Assembly: GCA_038087875.1 (NCBI GenBank)
Contig: JAXLNO010000147.1
Location: forward strand, 1 to 64,000
Source: Malacoraja senta
Taxonomy: Eukaryota
DNA: 64,000 bases
Reading direction: 5' to 3'
Part shown: positions 1 to 11,205 of the stretch, one piece after another
Numbering within the stretch: position 1 is the first letter of the stretch
How the letters are laid out: each line of letters starts with the position of its first letter
The notes under the pieces: model-generated
Seen by the model: the letters and a program-made list of their open reading frames with translations, nothing else
What the model was told of the DNA's origin: nothing
Databases searched by the model: none
Program-made: the position numbers and the translations under genes

Positions 1-320
1 ATTGGGGAAGTCCAGGACAAGGGGTCACAGCTTAAGGATAAGGGGGAAATCCTTTAAAACCGAGATGAGAAGAACTTTTTTCACACAGAGAGTGGTGAAT
101 CTCTGGAACTCTCTGCCACAGAGGGTAGTCGAGGCCAGTTCATTGGCTATATTTAAGAGGGAGTTAGATGTGGCCCTTGTGGCTAAAGGGATCAGAGTGT
201 ATGGAGAGAAGGCAGGTACGGGATACTGAGTTGGATGATCAGCCATGATCATATTGAATGGCGGTGCAGGCTCGAAGGGCCGAATGGCCTACTCCTGCAC
301 CTAATTTCTATGTTTCTATG
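1..320 (+). mobile_element. CR1/HER1 LINE 3' end
   Basis: ORF 2..229 ends RTRGHSLRI...FFTQRVVNLWNSLP, the CR1 ORF2 C-terminus; tail tttctatgtttctatg. Confidence 0.92.
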
Positions 321-1016
321 ATTAAAATGTACTTATCAAGAAGAGGTTTAGATGAATATCTGAATGTTTTACTTGGACAATAATGAAACTATTAATCAAG
401 AGAGTTTGTTTTGATGATTTATCTTTCTACGACTTTGAATGTCTCGTGGAGAGTTCCCATTCGTAAAACGACGCTATCTCCTCACCCCGTGTCTTCTCCT
501 AGTGGGTAGAGGGAGCAAATCCTTGAACAATATAATAATCTGCCACTATATCAAGTCGAAAGCTACCTTACAGTCAGGAGGTGGTAGAAGAGGGACAGAT
601 TGGCCTGAATCTCTGGAGAGAGATTACGCCCGAAAATTAGTACCAGAAGAGGAACTGAAGACTGGTTCCTTGGAAGAGGAACTGAAGAAAATAGATCTCG
701 GCCAGCCAGGTTTACTCCTGGAGCCTTTTCCATGACTGGATATAGCCACAAGGCAGTGGAGGTTTTAAATCAGAGTTTTCCCTCTCCTAGATGAACTGCC
801 TTCCCAGGCTGACGAGCCCCATCTGCCCGAGACTCGTGGGGACGGGAGCGTCTACCTTCCCGTGCAGGTCTACAGCACCTGCCCACTGCCCAGAATCGTG
901 TGTAGAACAACTATTCTACTATGTTGAATTCAGAAGCTGGAATGTTTACTTCAAACAGCTTCTGAAGAGTCTGGAGAAATTTAGTTCTGCTAAAGTTTGG
1001 AAAGAAGCCAAGAAGC

Positions 1017-1380
1017 TTGTTCGCTTGCCAGCCTGGAAAACAGGAAACAGGAGCCACGCAACAAGGTGCTGGAATGGAAGAGGTGATTACACCACAAGAT
1101 AATATTTCAAATGTATCTGCACAAAGATCAGGACATAAATCTGGTTCTATAGCCAGTAAAGCATCAAGGGCCTCTGCTCGAATGGAAGTTGAAGTTGATC
1201 TAGCTGCACTCTCAATAGAATCAAATAGCTTGGAGAAGAAACATGAGATTGAGCGACAAGAAGGACAGCTGAGAGAAGAGATGAGGCGACAAGAAGAAGA
1301 GATAAGGTAACGAAAAGCACACCTGTAACTAGCCACAAAGTTGGTGGTTGCCAAATCGATGATGGAGATAATGAAAAGTG
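1017..1380 (+). mobile_element. BEL/Pao-like LTR retrotransposon gag N-terminal relic
   Basis: ITPQDNISNVS...SKASRASARMEVEVDLAAL...LEKKHEIE resembles the Ser-rich/coiled-coil N-terminus of fish BEL/Pao polyproteins; stop-interrupted. Confidence 0.4.
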
Positions 1381-1386
1381 AGGGTT

Positions 1387-1651
1387 TGTAGATTAACCCT
1401 TATTGATCCATGCCATTTATAATCTCCACTACACATATGTGCATGCCACTGTTTACATGGTATTACGGTACGACACAGCTTTACATTAGCAAGGTCAGCT
1501 TGCTCTCGCTCTCTCTCTCACACAAGCCACGCTGAGCTGAACGAGAATGGCTGGCAGTTTAAATGTTCCTGTATACTTATGGAATAAAGACTGATCTTTT
1601 ACCATATGTATTAGTGTGGATTAATCATAAACATGGTGTCAGAAGTGGGAT
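1387..1651 (+). mobile_element. Gypsy-type 5' LTR (1387-1633) plus tRNA-Leu primer-binding site (1634-1651)
   Basis: TG...CA termini, AATAAA near 1583, followed directly by TGGTGTCAGAAGTGGGAT, complementary to the 3' end of tRNA-Leu. Confidence 0.8.
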
Positions 1652-2097
1652 TGAGCCACGTCTCCGACCCTTTTGCCTGAATTTATTTTACTTTTTTTTT
1701 ACAACGAACCATCGCTCGCTTATTGTGGCTGAGTCTTTTCGTACACCACATCCTTTAATGTTCGACAGCGAATTTGCCGAACGTAAGCACATCTTCAAAG
1801 TGGAATTCGGAATTTTCATAGATGCTGCCCACCCAGGGACTGCTCCATAACTGTCGTAACTGCTGTGGCTCACACTCGAAATTCTGTGAGCAATGCCCCA
1901 CTTACGACAAAACTTGCCACTACTGTAAAAAGAAAGGCCAGTTTATCCGGTGCTGCCACGCTCGTGACAACAGGGCCCAGTCACAACCAAAGATTATAGA
2001 GGAGCAAGATGCGCCACTCAGCGAAAAACGCGTAGTATGACGTGTGATTGTCGACGCCATTTTATAGGGCATTTTATAGGGCAGCCCGCACACTGTA

Positions 2098-3260
2098 ATG
2101 GCGTCCACATCTACAGCTCGGTGTAAATTGCTCTAATCGCCGATGTTGACAACTCAACCTGTCTTTCTTCAGGTTCCCCAACAACAAAGAAAGGTGAGGA
2201 AATATTATTGTTTTCCATCGACGTTATGTTGTCCTGAAAATGTTATTTTTTGCTCCCCTATCGACACTCATTGGGAAACTAGTGTTGTTGGTACGTTAGA
2301 AAGTTACTAGATTTTTTTTAATAGATCTAAACTTACCACAATAATAAAGTCAGCAGTTTTTGTTCTTCTGTACATTTTTCTTTTGTGTCTGTCCGGCAGG
2401 AGTCTCCAAAATATGGTCCGTAGGGAGAGAGGGAGAGAGAGAGAGATGGGGCAGAGAGAGATGGGGAGAGAGACACATCAGGCCCATCACAAGATTTTAA
2501 CCTCAGATTCGAGTCGGGGAGCGCAGCGACCCGGGGCTGCTCTTAGTGTAGTTACCAATTAGATCCCTCGAATTGTCAGAGCCGAGACATCGCTGGGTCG
2601 CCGTGAAGAAGGGTGCAATGGTGCGGTGCGGGGTTCGGCGGCGGTCAAAATGGGACGGCTGTGCGTTATAACGTTCCATCGTTCCTCTCTCTCCCCTTCT
2701 CTCTCTGCCCCCTCCATCTCTCTCTCCCTCTCTCCCTCTCTCTCTCTATCTCGGTCTCTGCCCCATCTGCCTTTCTCTCTCTCCCTCCCCTCTCTCTCTG
2801 TCTGTCTCTGCCTGAGAGTTGGTAGTCCTGCTAGTGTCTTAGGTCCAAAAGAGGATAGAAAGAAAATACTTTAAATGGTCTACAATAGAAGTTTTAAATA
2901 ATCTCTACTACATTAGTGGCTAAAGGCATATTCAATATACAGGTCTCTCCCCACAACTGAACACTTGCACTTAAATGATATATCATCCATTCTGCAGATA
3001 TGTAGTTATACTACATTTTTTCCTTCTTAGTTAATCCAATATGAGATTTTCTGTAATTTCAGATGTCGACAGCGGGTCCAGAATACTCGTCGACAAGATC
3101 TCCACCACCAAACTCTGGTGTACTTGTCAACCACCTGCCGTCTTTGTTCTGAACACTGAACTTGACTAGTTTTCCAACAGGCAGACCAATGACAGGCTAA
3201 ATTGCAATGCAGTTCCAACGCTATTTGACATCCCGAACACGCCGAAACGTCTGTTTTCCC
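2098..3260 (+). pseudogene. Two-exon THAP zinc-finger domain (exon 1 2098-2193, exon 2 from 3063), disrupted
   Basis: Spliced ag|gtgagg...tttcag|a gives VNCSNRRC*QLNLSFFRFPNNKER-CRQRVQNTRRQDL...CRLCSEH...NAVPTLFDIP, with THAP C-x-C, FP, LCxxH and AVPTLF motifs; stops and frameshifts present. Confidence 0.85.
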
Positions 3261-3830
3261 AAGAGGAAGAATTAGAACCTCCCGTTACCCACACAAAATT
3301 GTGCAAATGACGATTTATTTATTATTGTATATAGGATGGAAATTTTGTTCTTTGGGGTAAGCAAGGGGTGGGGCTATCATTATCACTTTCAAAACACTGC
3401 AACCCCCTGTATATGTCGTGCACAAAATGATGCGAATTATGTAAATATTACCATAAATGATGGAAATAAAAAAGTGTTTTCATTGTTTATAAAGTTCAAT
3501 TTAGAGTTATTTGAAACTGTGAAGGTTAGTGCAATATAGGGGCTGACCCACAAATGTGTCGTTATGTGACATTCACATTTAAAAAATCCATGTCTCAAAA
3601 AAAAGCAAGAAGGTCCCCATATTATTTGACCAACTTATCGACTGAATTTAAATATGTAGGTATGTATGCACTACATTGTGTTACGCTAATATAGAATGAA
3701 AGAATGGAAAAATATTTCGACATTGTTTTCATGGATGTTTTATTCACAATATTAGGATTTCATATATATTTTATATATATATATATATATATAATATATA
3801 TATATATGTGTGTGTGTGTATATATATACA

Positions 3831-6306
3831 CAGTGGCTTGCAAAAGTTTTCATACCCCTTGAACTTTTCCACATTTTGTCACGTTAGAACCACAAACGTA
3901 AATGTATTTTATTGGGATTTTATGTGATAGACCAACACAAAGTGGTGCATAATTGTGAAGTGAAAGGAAAATTATACATGGTTTTCAAATTTTTTTACAA
4001 ATAAAAAACTGAAAAGTGTGGCGTCCAAAAGTATTCAGCCCCCCGAGTCAATACTTTGTAGAACCACCTTTCGCTGCAATTACAGCTGCAAGTCTTTTGG
4101 GGTATGTCTCTACCAGCTTTGCACATCTAGAGACTGAAATTTCTGCCCATTCTTCTTTGCAAAATAACTCAAGCTCAGTCAGATTGGATGGAGAGCGTCT
4201 GTGAACAGCAATTTTCAAGTCTTGCCAGAGATTCTCAATTGGATTTAGGTCTGGACTTTGACTGGGCTATTTTATCACATGAATATGCTTTGATCTAAAC
4301 CATTCCATTGTAGCTCTGGGCTGTATGTTTAGGGTCGTTGCCCTGCTGGAAGGTGAACCTCCACCCCAGTCTCAAGTCTTTTGCAGACTCTAACAGGTTT
4401 TCTTCCAAGATTGCCCTGTATTTGGCTCCATCTATCCTCCCATCAACTCTGACCAGCTTCCTGTCCCTGCTGTAGAAAAAGCATCCCCACAGCATGATGC
4501 TGCCACCACCAAGTTTCACAGTGGGGATGGCGTGTTTAGGGTGATGTGCAGTGTTAGTTTTCCGCCACACATAGCGTTTTGCATTTAGGCCAAAAACTTC
4601 AATTTTGGTCTCATACAATACAATACAATACAATACCGTTTATTATCATTTGGACCTCAAATGAAGTTCAAACGAAATTTGGTTTCTGCAGTCATACAAC
4701 AAGAAAAGAACCAAGACACAACACAATTTACGCAAACATCCATCACAGTGAATCTCCTCCTCACTGTGATGGAAGGCAAAGTCTTGTCTCTCCCCTGCAC
4801 TCCCCATTCTCCTCCCGATGTCAAAGTCAAAGACCCCGGCGGGCAATGGCAAACAAGTCCCGCGGCCATAAAAGCAATGCAAGGCCACGCTCCGGGTCTC
4901 GATGTTGGAGCCCCCGGTAGCGCTAGCAAGTCCCGCGGCCATTTAAAGTCGTGCCGGGCGATGCAAGACCCCGCTCCAGGCCATCTTCAACCCCACAACT
5001 CGGGCGGGAGTAGCCGCCGTTGCGGAAGCCCTGAAAAGCGGTCTCCCACCAGGGACGCGCGAGCTCCCGATGCCACCGTCCACCGGGCCAGTGGCTGGAG
5101 CCTCTGAATCTCCGGGGCCGGGCCGCAGCAGCGCGCCACCACAGCTCCTCCCGTTCCGAACTCGGCCAGCTCCGCGATGGTGAGTAAGTCCGCCGGCTCC
5201 GCGACTGGAGCCCCAGGTCGTTTCGTTGGAGGCCGCTCCACGGTGCTAGACCCCAATGACAACGGAGACCCAACAGAGAAAGGTCGGGTATCCCGTGCAG
5301 GGAAAAGATTTTAAAAATTTCCCCACCCACCCCCAGTTAAAAACAACACTATACACCACACACTACACTCAAACGAGACAACATTTTTTTAAAAAGACAG
5401 ACGGACTGCAGAGGCCGCTGCGACATGGGTCGCGCCGCCCACCGGACAAAAATGACCAGAGCACCTTCCTGGTCATCTGACCAGAGCACCATCCTCCACA
5501 TGTTTGCTGTGTCCCCCACATGGCTTGTGGCAAACTGCAAACGGGACTTCTTATGGCTTTTTTCAACAATGGCTTGCTTCTTGCCACTTCCATAAAGGCC
5601 CGATTTGTGGAGTGCACGACTAATAGTTGTCCTGTGGACAGATTCTCCCACCTGAGCTGTGGATCTCTGCAGCTCCTCCAGAGTTACCATGGGCCTCTTG
5701 GCTGCTTCTCTGATCAATGCTCTCCTTGCCCGGCCTGTCAGTTTAGGTGGACGGCCATGTCTTGGTAGGTTTGCAGTTGTGCCATACTCTTTCCATTTTT
5801 GGATGATGGATTGAACAGTGCTCCGTGAGATGTTCAAAGCTTGGGATATTTTTTTATAACCTTACCCTGCTTTAAACTTCTCCACAACTTTATCCCTGAC
5901 CTGTCTGGTGTGTTCCTTGGGCTTCATGATGCTGTTTGTTCACTAATATTCTCTAACAAACCTCTGAGGCCTTCACAGAACAGCTGTATTTATACTGAGA
6001 TTAGATTACACACAAGTGGTCTCTATTTACTAATTAGGTGACTTCTGAAGGCAATTGGTTGCACTGGATTTCATTTAGGGGTATCAGAGTAAAGGGGGCT
6101 GAATACTTTTGCACGCCACACTTTTCAGTTTTTTATTTGTAAAAAAATTTGAAAACCATGTATCATTTTCCTTTCACTGCACAATTATGCGCCACTTTGT
6201 GTTGGTCTATCACATAAAATCCCAATAAAATACATTTACGTTTGTGGTTGTAACGTGACAAAATGTGGAAAAGTTCAAGGGGTATGAATACTTTTGCAAG
6301 CCACTG
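3831..6306 (-). mobile_element. Tc1/mariner transposon with long (~210 bp) TIRs and frameshifted transposase
   Basis: TIRs cagtggcttgcaaaag... / ...cttttgcaagccactg inside TA-rich microsatellite; ORF 5349..5837 has paired HTH (GRPPKL) and VLWSD; ORF 4295..4633 has GGGSIMLWGC and FQQGNDPKH. Confidence 0.95.
4615..5452 (-). mobile_element. Non-coding GC-rich retroposon (SINE-like) with Rex1/Babar-type 3' tail, inserted in Tc1 transposase
   Basis: Splits the WSDETK codons of Tc1; minus-strand end reads caaatttcgtt...aataaac(gtatt)n; no credible ORF. Confidence 0.6.
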
Positions 6307-6360
6307 TATGTGTGTGCATACAAATATGTATATGTATGTATATGTATATACACATATATT

Positions 6361-6429
<69 letters not shown>

Positions 6430-6495
6430 TTGCATATATATATATTGTGATACACACACACACACGCACAAATATATATATATATACACACACAG
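6307..6495. repeat. (TA)n/(CA)n microsatellite; left counterpart at ~3762-3830
   Basis: Direct inspection; flanks both Tc1 ends. Confidence 0.95.
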
Positions 6496-6596
6496 ATTGA
6501 AAGAAAAAGGTTGCTAAAGAAATTAGAGGAAATCTGAAGAAAGAAACTAGAGAAATATGTCACTTTTATTTATATAGCCCATTTAAAAAACAACTC

Positions 6597-6792
6597 TCGC
6601 ACAACGCCACGCGTTAGGCGTACGCCATCAAGACGCAGCGTATGCCCGTCGAGACGCTGCATACGCCCTCAATGTGCCTGCGGGCCGACAGGCCGTTGTC
6701 GCGCGGGATGTTCGGACAGTGCAAGAATTTTCAAGCGTCCACGTTTGGTCGCGCTAGACGCATGCAATCGCATGCTGGTGGGGACAGACCCT
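6597..6792. mobile_element. PIF/Harbinger-type MITE remnant (one end)
   Basis: CpG-rich segment ending gggacagaccct followed by TAA, similar to the other Harbinger termini in the window. Confidence 0.45.
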
Positions 6793-7632
6793 TAACTTGC
6801 CTCTCACACACAGGCACACACAAACACACATTCATATAAATATATATATAAGTTAAAGTTAATTTTGTGCACAGTGTGTGTTAAAACAATACAAGGGAAG
6901 CTGCACAATACAATGCAAGGGAAACTACGCAAAGGTGGCGGCTGGGGAGGAAAGATGGGAGGGAAATGGGGGAACAGGGGGAAAACATTTACAATAAAAT
7001 TAACTAAAATATGTGAGGTGATAGATGCGCTATATCAAACACTGTTCCCTACAACACTGATTACACCAAGGATGATAGAGCGAGTGCACAGCGGGAGGCA
7101 TACCGGAAGTCGCGTTTGACTTAATCAAATGGCGGCCGTGACGTTCCGTTACGTACGATACGTCAGCCCATTGGATTTCGGAGGAGTAGTCTATTTTGCT
7201 CCTCTATAATCTTTGGTCACAACAATCTCTCTTTGCGCTCGAGCTCACAATTTGCCATGAGGCACTGACTGAAACAGCAGTTCCAGCAGAACCACGACCG
7301 GAGCACCTGCAGGAAGACAGGCAAATCATACCTTCCTGTGTACCCGACTCATCGTCCACAAACAGTGAATCCATGACAATGCTCAGTGTCAACAATACCA
7401 AAGTAGCTGCAAAGATGTAATGTCATGTCTTTATCAGACTTCCAAAGAATTCACAACAACGAAACTGTCATGAAAACAAACTCCAAGTTACACCCATTTA
7501 TGGGGGGGAGTTGCAACCGGTTGGTAAGGTCACATTACAATGCCAATCTCAGGTTTACAATGTGGATTTCTTCATTGTTGGCTTGGTACGGCAACCTGAG
7601 CTTCAAGGAGCTGAAGAGCCAGGATACGCTGA

Positions 7633-10334
7633 AACCCCTGTCTCACGGAGCGAGTCCACCCACGAGTGATCCCGAGTTAAAAACAAACTCGTGGTAATCA
7701 TGTAGAATTAACGTAGCGGGAACGTCGGAACTCGTGGATGTAACTTAGCGACTCGTAACGCTAACGGCAGGTACTCGGGAAACTTGTTAACTCGTGTTGA
7801 AAGATTTCCACGAGTCAAATTTACTCTTGAAGGAAAAATTTGAAACTTTTAAACTCGTTGTAATACTGTAGTAGCCCGTGAGTTTACCGTAGTGACTAGT
7901 GAGTAACTCGTGGGTTTGGCCTGAGGGCCCGAAGTGAAATGTTGAAGATTAGTCAGATCTTAATGGAAAATTTTACAGTGATCTAACAATTCACTGTTAA
8001 GGAGCAAAAAGCACTCACCGGGGATCTGAGAAACGGTGGCAAAAAGAATGTTAATTCGTTCCCTTCAGAACATTAACTTTTCACATTGAAACGGTGCCAT
8101 GAATCCTTGTTATGTTAATTCACTTTTTATGGAGAAGCAGATATATGGAACAGGTGTCCCGTCTCAGGATTTATATCCGACAAATTAACATCAGTTATTG
8201 AAGGCTGATGTGTTTTTACAGGGGATTTTCTCAGGCATCACTTTCCACCCAGTCTGTCCGCGTTAGAGAGCAATTGGTCAAAACAATATTGTAAATGGGA
8301 TGTTTTATTTTATTATTTTACAAATGGGAATTTTATAAATGTTATAAATTATAAATGGGAAGGAACTGCAGATGCAGGTTTAATCCAAAGAAGGGTCTCG
8401 ACCCGAAACGTCACCTATTCCTTCTCTCCAGAGATGCCGTCTGTCCCGCTGAGTTACTCTAGCTTCTTGATAAATGAATCGTTGGAAGCTCCTTCGTGGC
8501 GTGTTACTATTCAGAGTTTTAAGTGTATTTGTACTAACCCGTGCTATATGCTTGCCAAAGATAGGAGGCGTTCAGTGGGGAAGTTCACAAAATAAGTTCA
8601 CAAGTTCAAGAAGGAACTGCAGATGCTGGAAAATCGAAGGCAGACAAAAGTGCTGGAGAAACTCAACGGGTGCGGCAGCATCTATGGAGCGAAGGAAATA
8701 GGCAACGTTTCGGGCCGAAACCATTCTTTAGTCTGAAGAAGGGTTTCGGCCAGAAACGTTGCCTATTTCCTTTGCACCATAGATGCTGCCGCACCCGCAA
8801 ATAAGTTCACAAGCTGCATTGGTAATTAAGACCAGAGATATTTTTGTGTGTTATGTAAAATAAATTAATTTCAGGTTCTTTACATCACAAGTATTTTCCT
8901 AAAAAGTTACCCACAACTTTATGTTGTAAATGTGTTGGTTTCAGTCCAGCAAAAACACATAACATAAGTCCTTAATGACATTTCATAGAAACACAGCGAG
9001 AGAGTGTGAGATGTAGATGGGATATGACTCCAATTTTTAACTAACCCCTGTGTTTGTGTATTCATATTTTTCTAATAAATTATGGTATCTACACCAGATG
9101 ATAGTGTACCACAATATAGGAAAACATTCTCATATTTACAATTAAGGGCCAATTGTATTTGGGTTTTTAATGAAAACTCAGTTTACCCGAGTTTAAATTG
9201 AAACTTGGGCCAGGCGCTGAGAAACTCTGGGACGCCACTGCTGAAGAGAACATCTGAGCTTTGTCTTTCATTCAGAGGTTCGCGGGCGGGCTGGGGTGAC
9301 TGTAAGGCTCTGACAACTTTGTTTCCCAGGGCTGGGGTTAGTGTGAAAAGGGTGGTTTCTGGGCAGATCTGCCCAATCAGCAATGCTTTGAGCCGCTGCT
9401 TTTTATACAGTTTAAGTCGCGACGGTGGGACGGCTGCTCTGACGGACATACTGGGTGAGTAGAGAGACACACACTGCTATCCCTCTGGTCTACGGACCTT
9501 GCTGTCGGGGGAAAAAATAACGTTAATGTTCAATTTACCTAATCTTTTTCTTTAGACGTTTACCAATGTTTTGATGAAAGATAAATTAAGGGAAAAAAAC
9601 AATCTTACTAGACACAAAAAGCTGGAGCAACTCAGCCAAGCCGGCAGCATCTCTGGAGAGAAAGGTCGAAATGTTTTTTCAGTCTGAAGAAGGGACTCGA
9701 CCAGAAACGTCACCCATTCCATCTCTCCAGAAATGCTGCATGTCCCGCTGAGTTACTCCAGCATTTTGTATCTATCTTCGGTGTAAACCAGCATCTGCAG
9801 TTCCTCCCGACACAAAACAACCCATGCCTTTCAATGATTGATGCCAGACCTTGAACAAATGCAGTTCAAAATGGACTTTTGAATGCAATTTTGGAAGGAT
9901 TGTTTCTTGAAACAAACTGCTCTAAAAGTTTGAACGAAGGAATTGCAGATACTAGTTTAAACCAAAGATAGACACAAAATGATGGATTCTCAGCTGGTCA
10001 GGCAGCATCTCTGGAGAAAAGAAATAGGTGATATTTCGGGTCGAGATCGTTCTTCAGGCTGGGTCTTTTTATAGTGAGAAAAAAAACTGCATGACATAAT
10101 TTTTACCATGTGATGATTTTTCCACACGTCGGTAGTCGTTCTTGGCTCAAGAGTAACTCGGGAGAGGAACTTGGTACATCGCAGAAATGAGAAGTAAACG
10201 GCAAACTTTAACATAAACGCGGTAACTCGTTTAAACTCGTGAACATAAACTTGAAATGTCGTAGACAACCACGAGTTTGATTTTTTCTTTCACTCGGGAA
10301 CACTCGTGGGTGGACGCACCGTGAGACAGGGCCA
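7633..10334. mobile_element. PIF/Harbinger-type TIR element with ~2.1 kb internal cargo
   Basis: ~70-bp imperfect TIRs (ccctgtctcacgg...ccacccacgagtg), TGA on both sides (7630-7632, 10335-10337), subterminal actcgt/acgagt repeats. Confidence 0.7.
8608..8798. repeat. Penelope pLTR-derived fold-back repeat with hammerhead-like core
   Basis: Inverted arms around ...gtctgaagaagggtttcggccagaaacgtt; same sequence as the terminus of the Penelope at 27780-27875. Confidence 0.8.
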
Positions 10335-10337
10335 TGA

Positions 10338-10975
10338 GGCACAAGAAGGGACAGAGCCGTCTGTACTTTCTGAGGAGGCTCCGCTCTTTCGAGGACTGCA
10401 GGAAGAAGTAGCATACGTTCTATCAATCAGTGGTGGCCAGTGCCATCTTCTATGCTGTCGTGTGCTGCGGTAGCAGAACAAAGGCCGCGGATGCCAACGG
10501 AATCAACACGCTCATCAGGAAGGTTGGCTCCGCCCTGGGAATGGAGTTGGATTCATTGGAGATGGTCTCGGAAAGGAGGATGCTCCTCAAACTGTAGAGT
10601 ATCTTGGACAATACATCTCACCCCCTCCCCCACCCCTCCATGGCACACTGCTCAACCTAAGGTGCACCTTTAGCAACAGGCTGATCCCACCAAGGTGCAG
10701 CACAGAACGCCACAGGTGATCTTTTTTACTGTGGCTCTCAAACTGTACAACTCCTCGCCCTTGATCCCTCCCTCACATTTTGCACATTCCTCATCCTGGA
10801 GTTTACCATTCGATAATTTAATTTCATGTTTGTGCAATATTACATATGTGCTGTGCAATAAAGGGTCAGTTTAATTGCATTATTATTATAATGCACAGGA
10901 CACTTTCAATCCGTTGTAAATATCTTTTGCCTGTTGGCAGACCAACAGATAAATAAAGTTGTATCGTATAGTATG
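10338..10975 (+). mobile_element. Rex1/Babar LINE 3' fragment
   Basis: Degenerate KKGQSRLYFLRRLRSF...FYQSVVASAIFYAVVC; AATAAA followed by (gtatn)n tail. Confidence 0.75.
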
Positions 10976-11205
10976 AGTTTTAGTGAGATGGTCACTCCTA
11001 AGGTGAAGGCTGGGGGGTGTTGTGGCTGCGAGGGTGACCGGTCCTCACCCTGTCACGGTGGGTGTCGAAGAAAGACGTGAGCATGGAGCGATTCCGGCCG
11101 GGCTTACCCCCACTCCGTCGGAATTGTTCATAGGACACATGGCCGGGTCCCTCCACGAGAGCCGGCCCCAGGCAACATGAGCCTTTCCGAGATGCCCAGC
11201 GTGCC

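Larger units (their letters stand above)
1988..7215 (+). mobile_element. P-element-like (THAP-bearing) DNA transposon, non-autonomous relic
   Basis: Perfect 20-bp TIR CAAAGATTATAGAGGAGCAA at both ends (imperfect to ~32 bp), CA...TG termini, 8-bp TSD GTCACAAC (1980-1987, 7216-7223), THAP exon begins ~110 bp inside the left TIR. Confidence 0.85.
1822..7560 (+). mobile_element. Gypsy internal relic (gag zinc knuckle 1850-1960; gag/protease remnants 7216-7560), split by the 1988-7215 insertion
   Basis: CRNCCGSH...CPTYDKTCHYCKKKGQFIRCC double knuckle; a CNVMSLSDFQRI protease-like stretch near 7415; sequence rejoins across the GTCACAAC TSD. Confidence 0.65.

Noticed and set aside
770..890. CTGACGAG hammerhead-like start near 809
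   Set aside because: No stem II or GAAA follows; more likely a relic retroposon UTR on the minus strand, which I cannot assign confidently
6163..6563. YI/IY-rich ORFs
   Set aside because: Translation of (TA)n microsatellite
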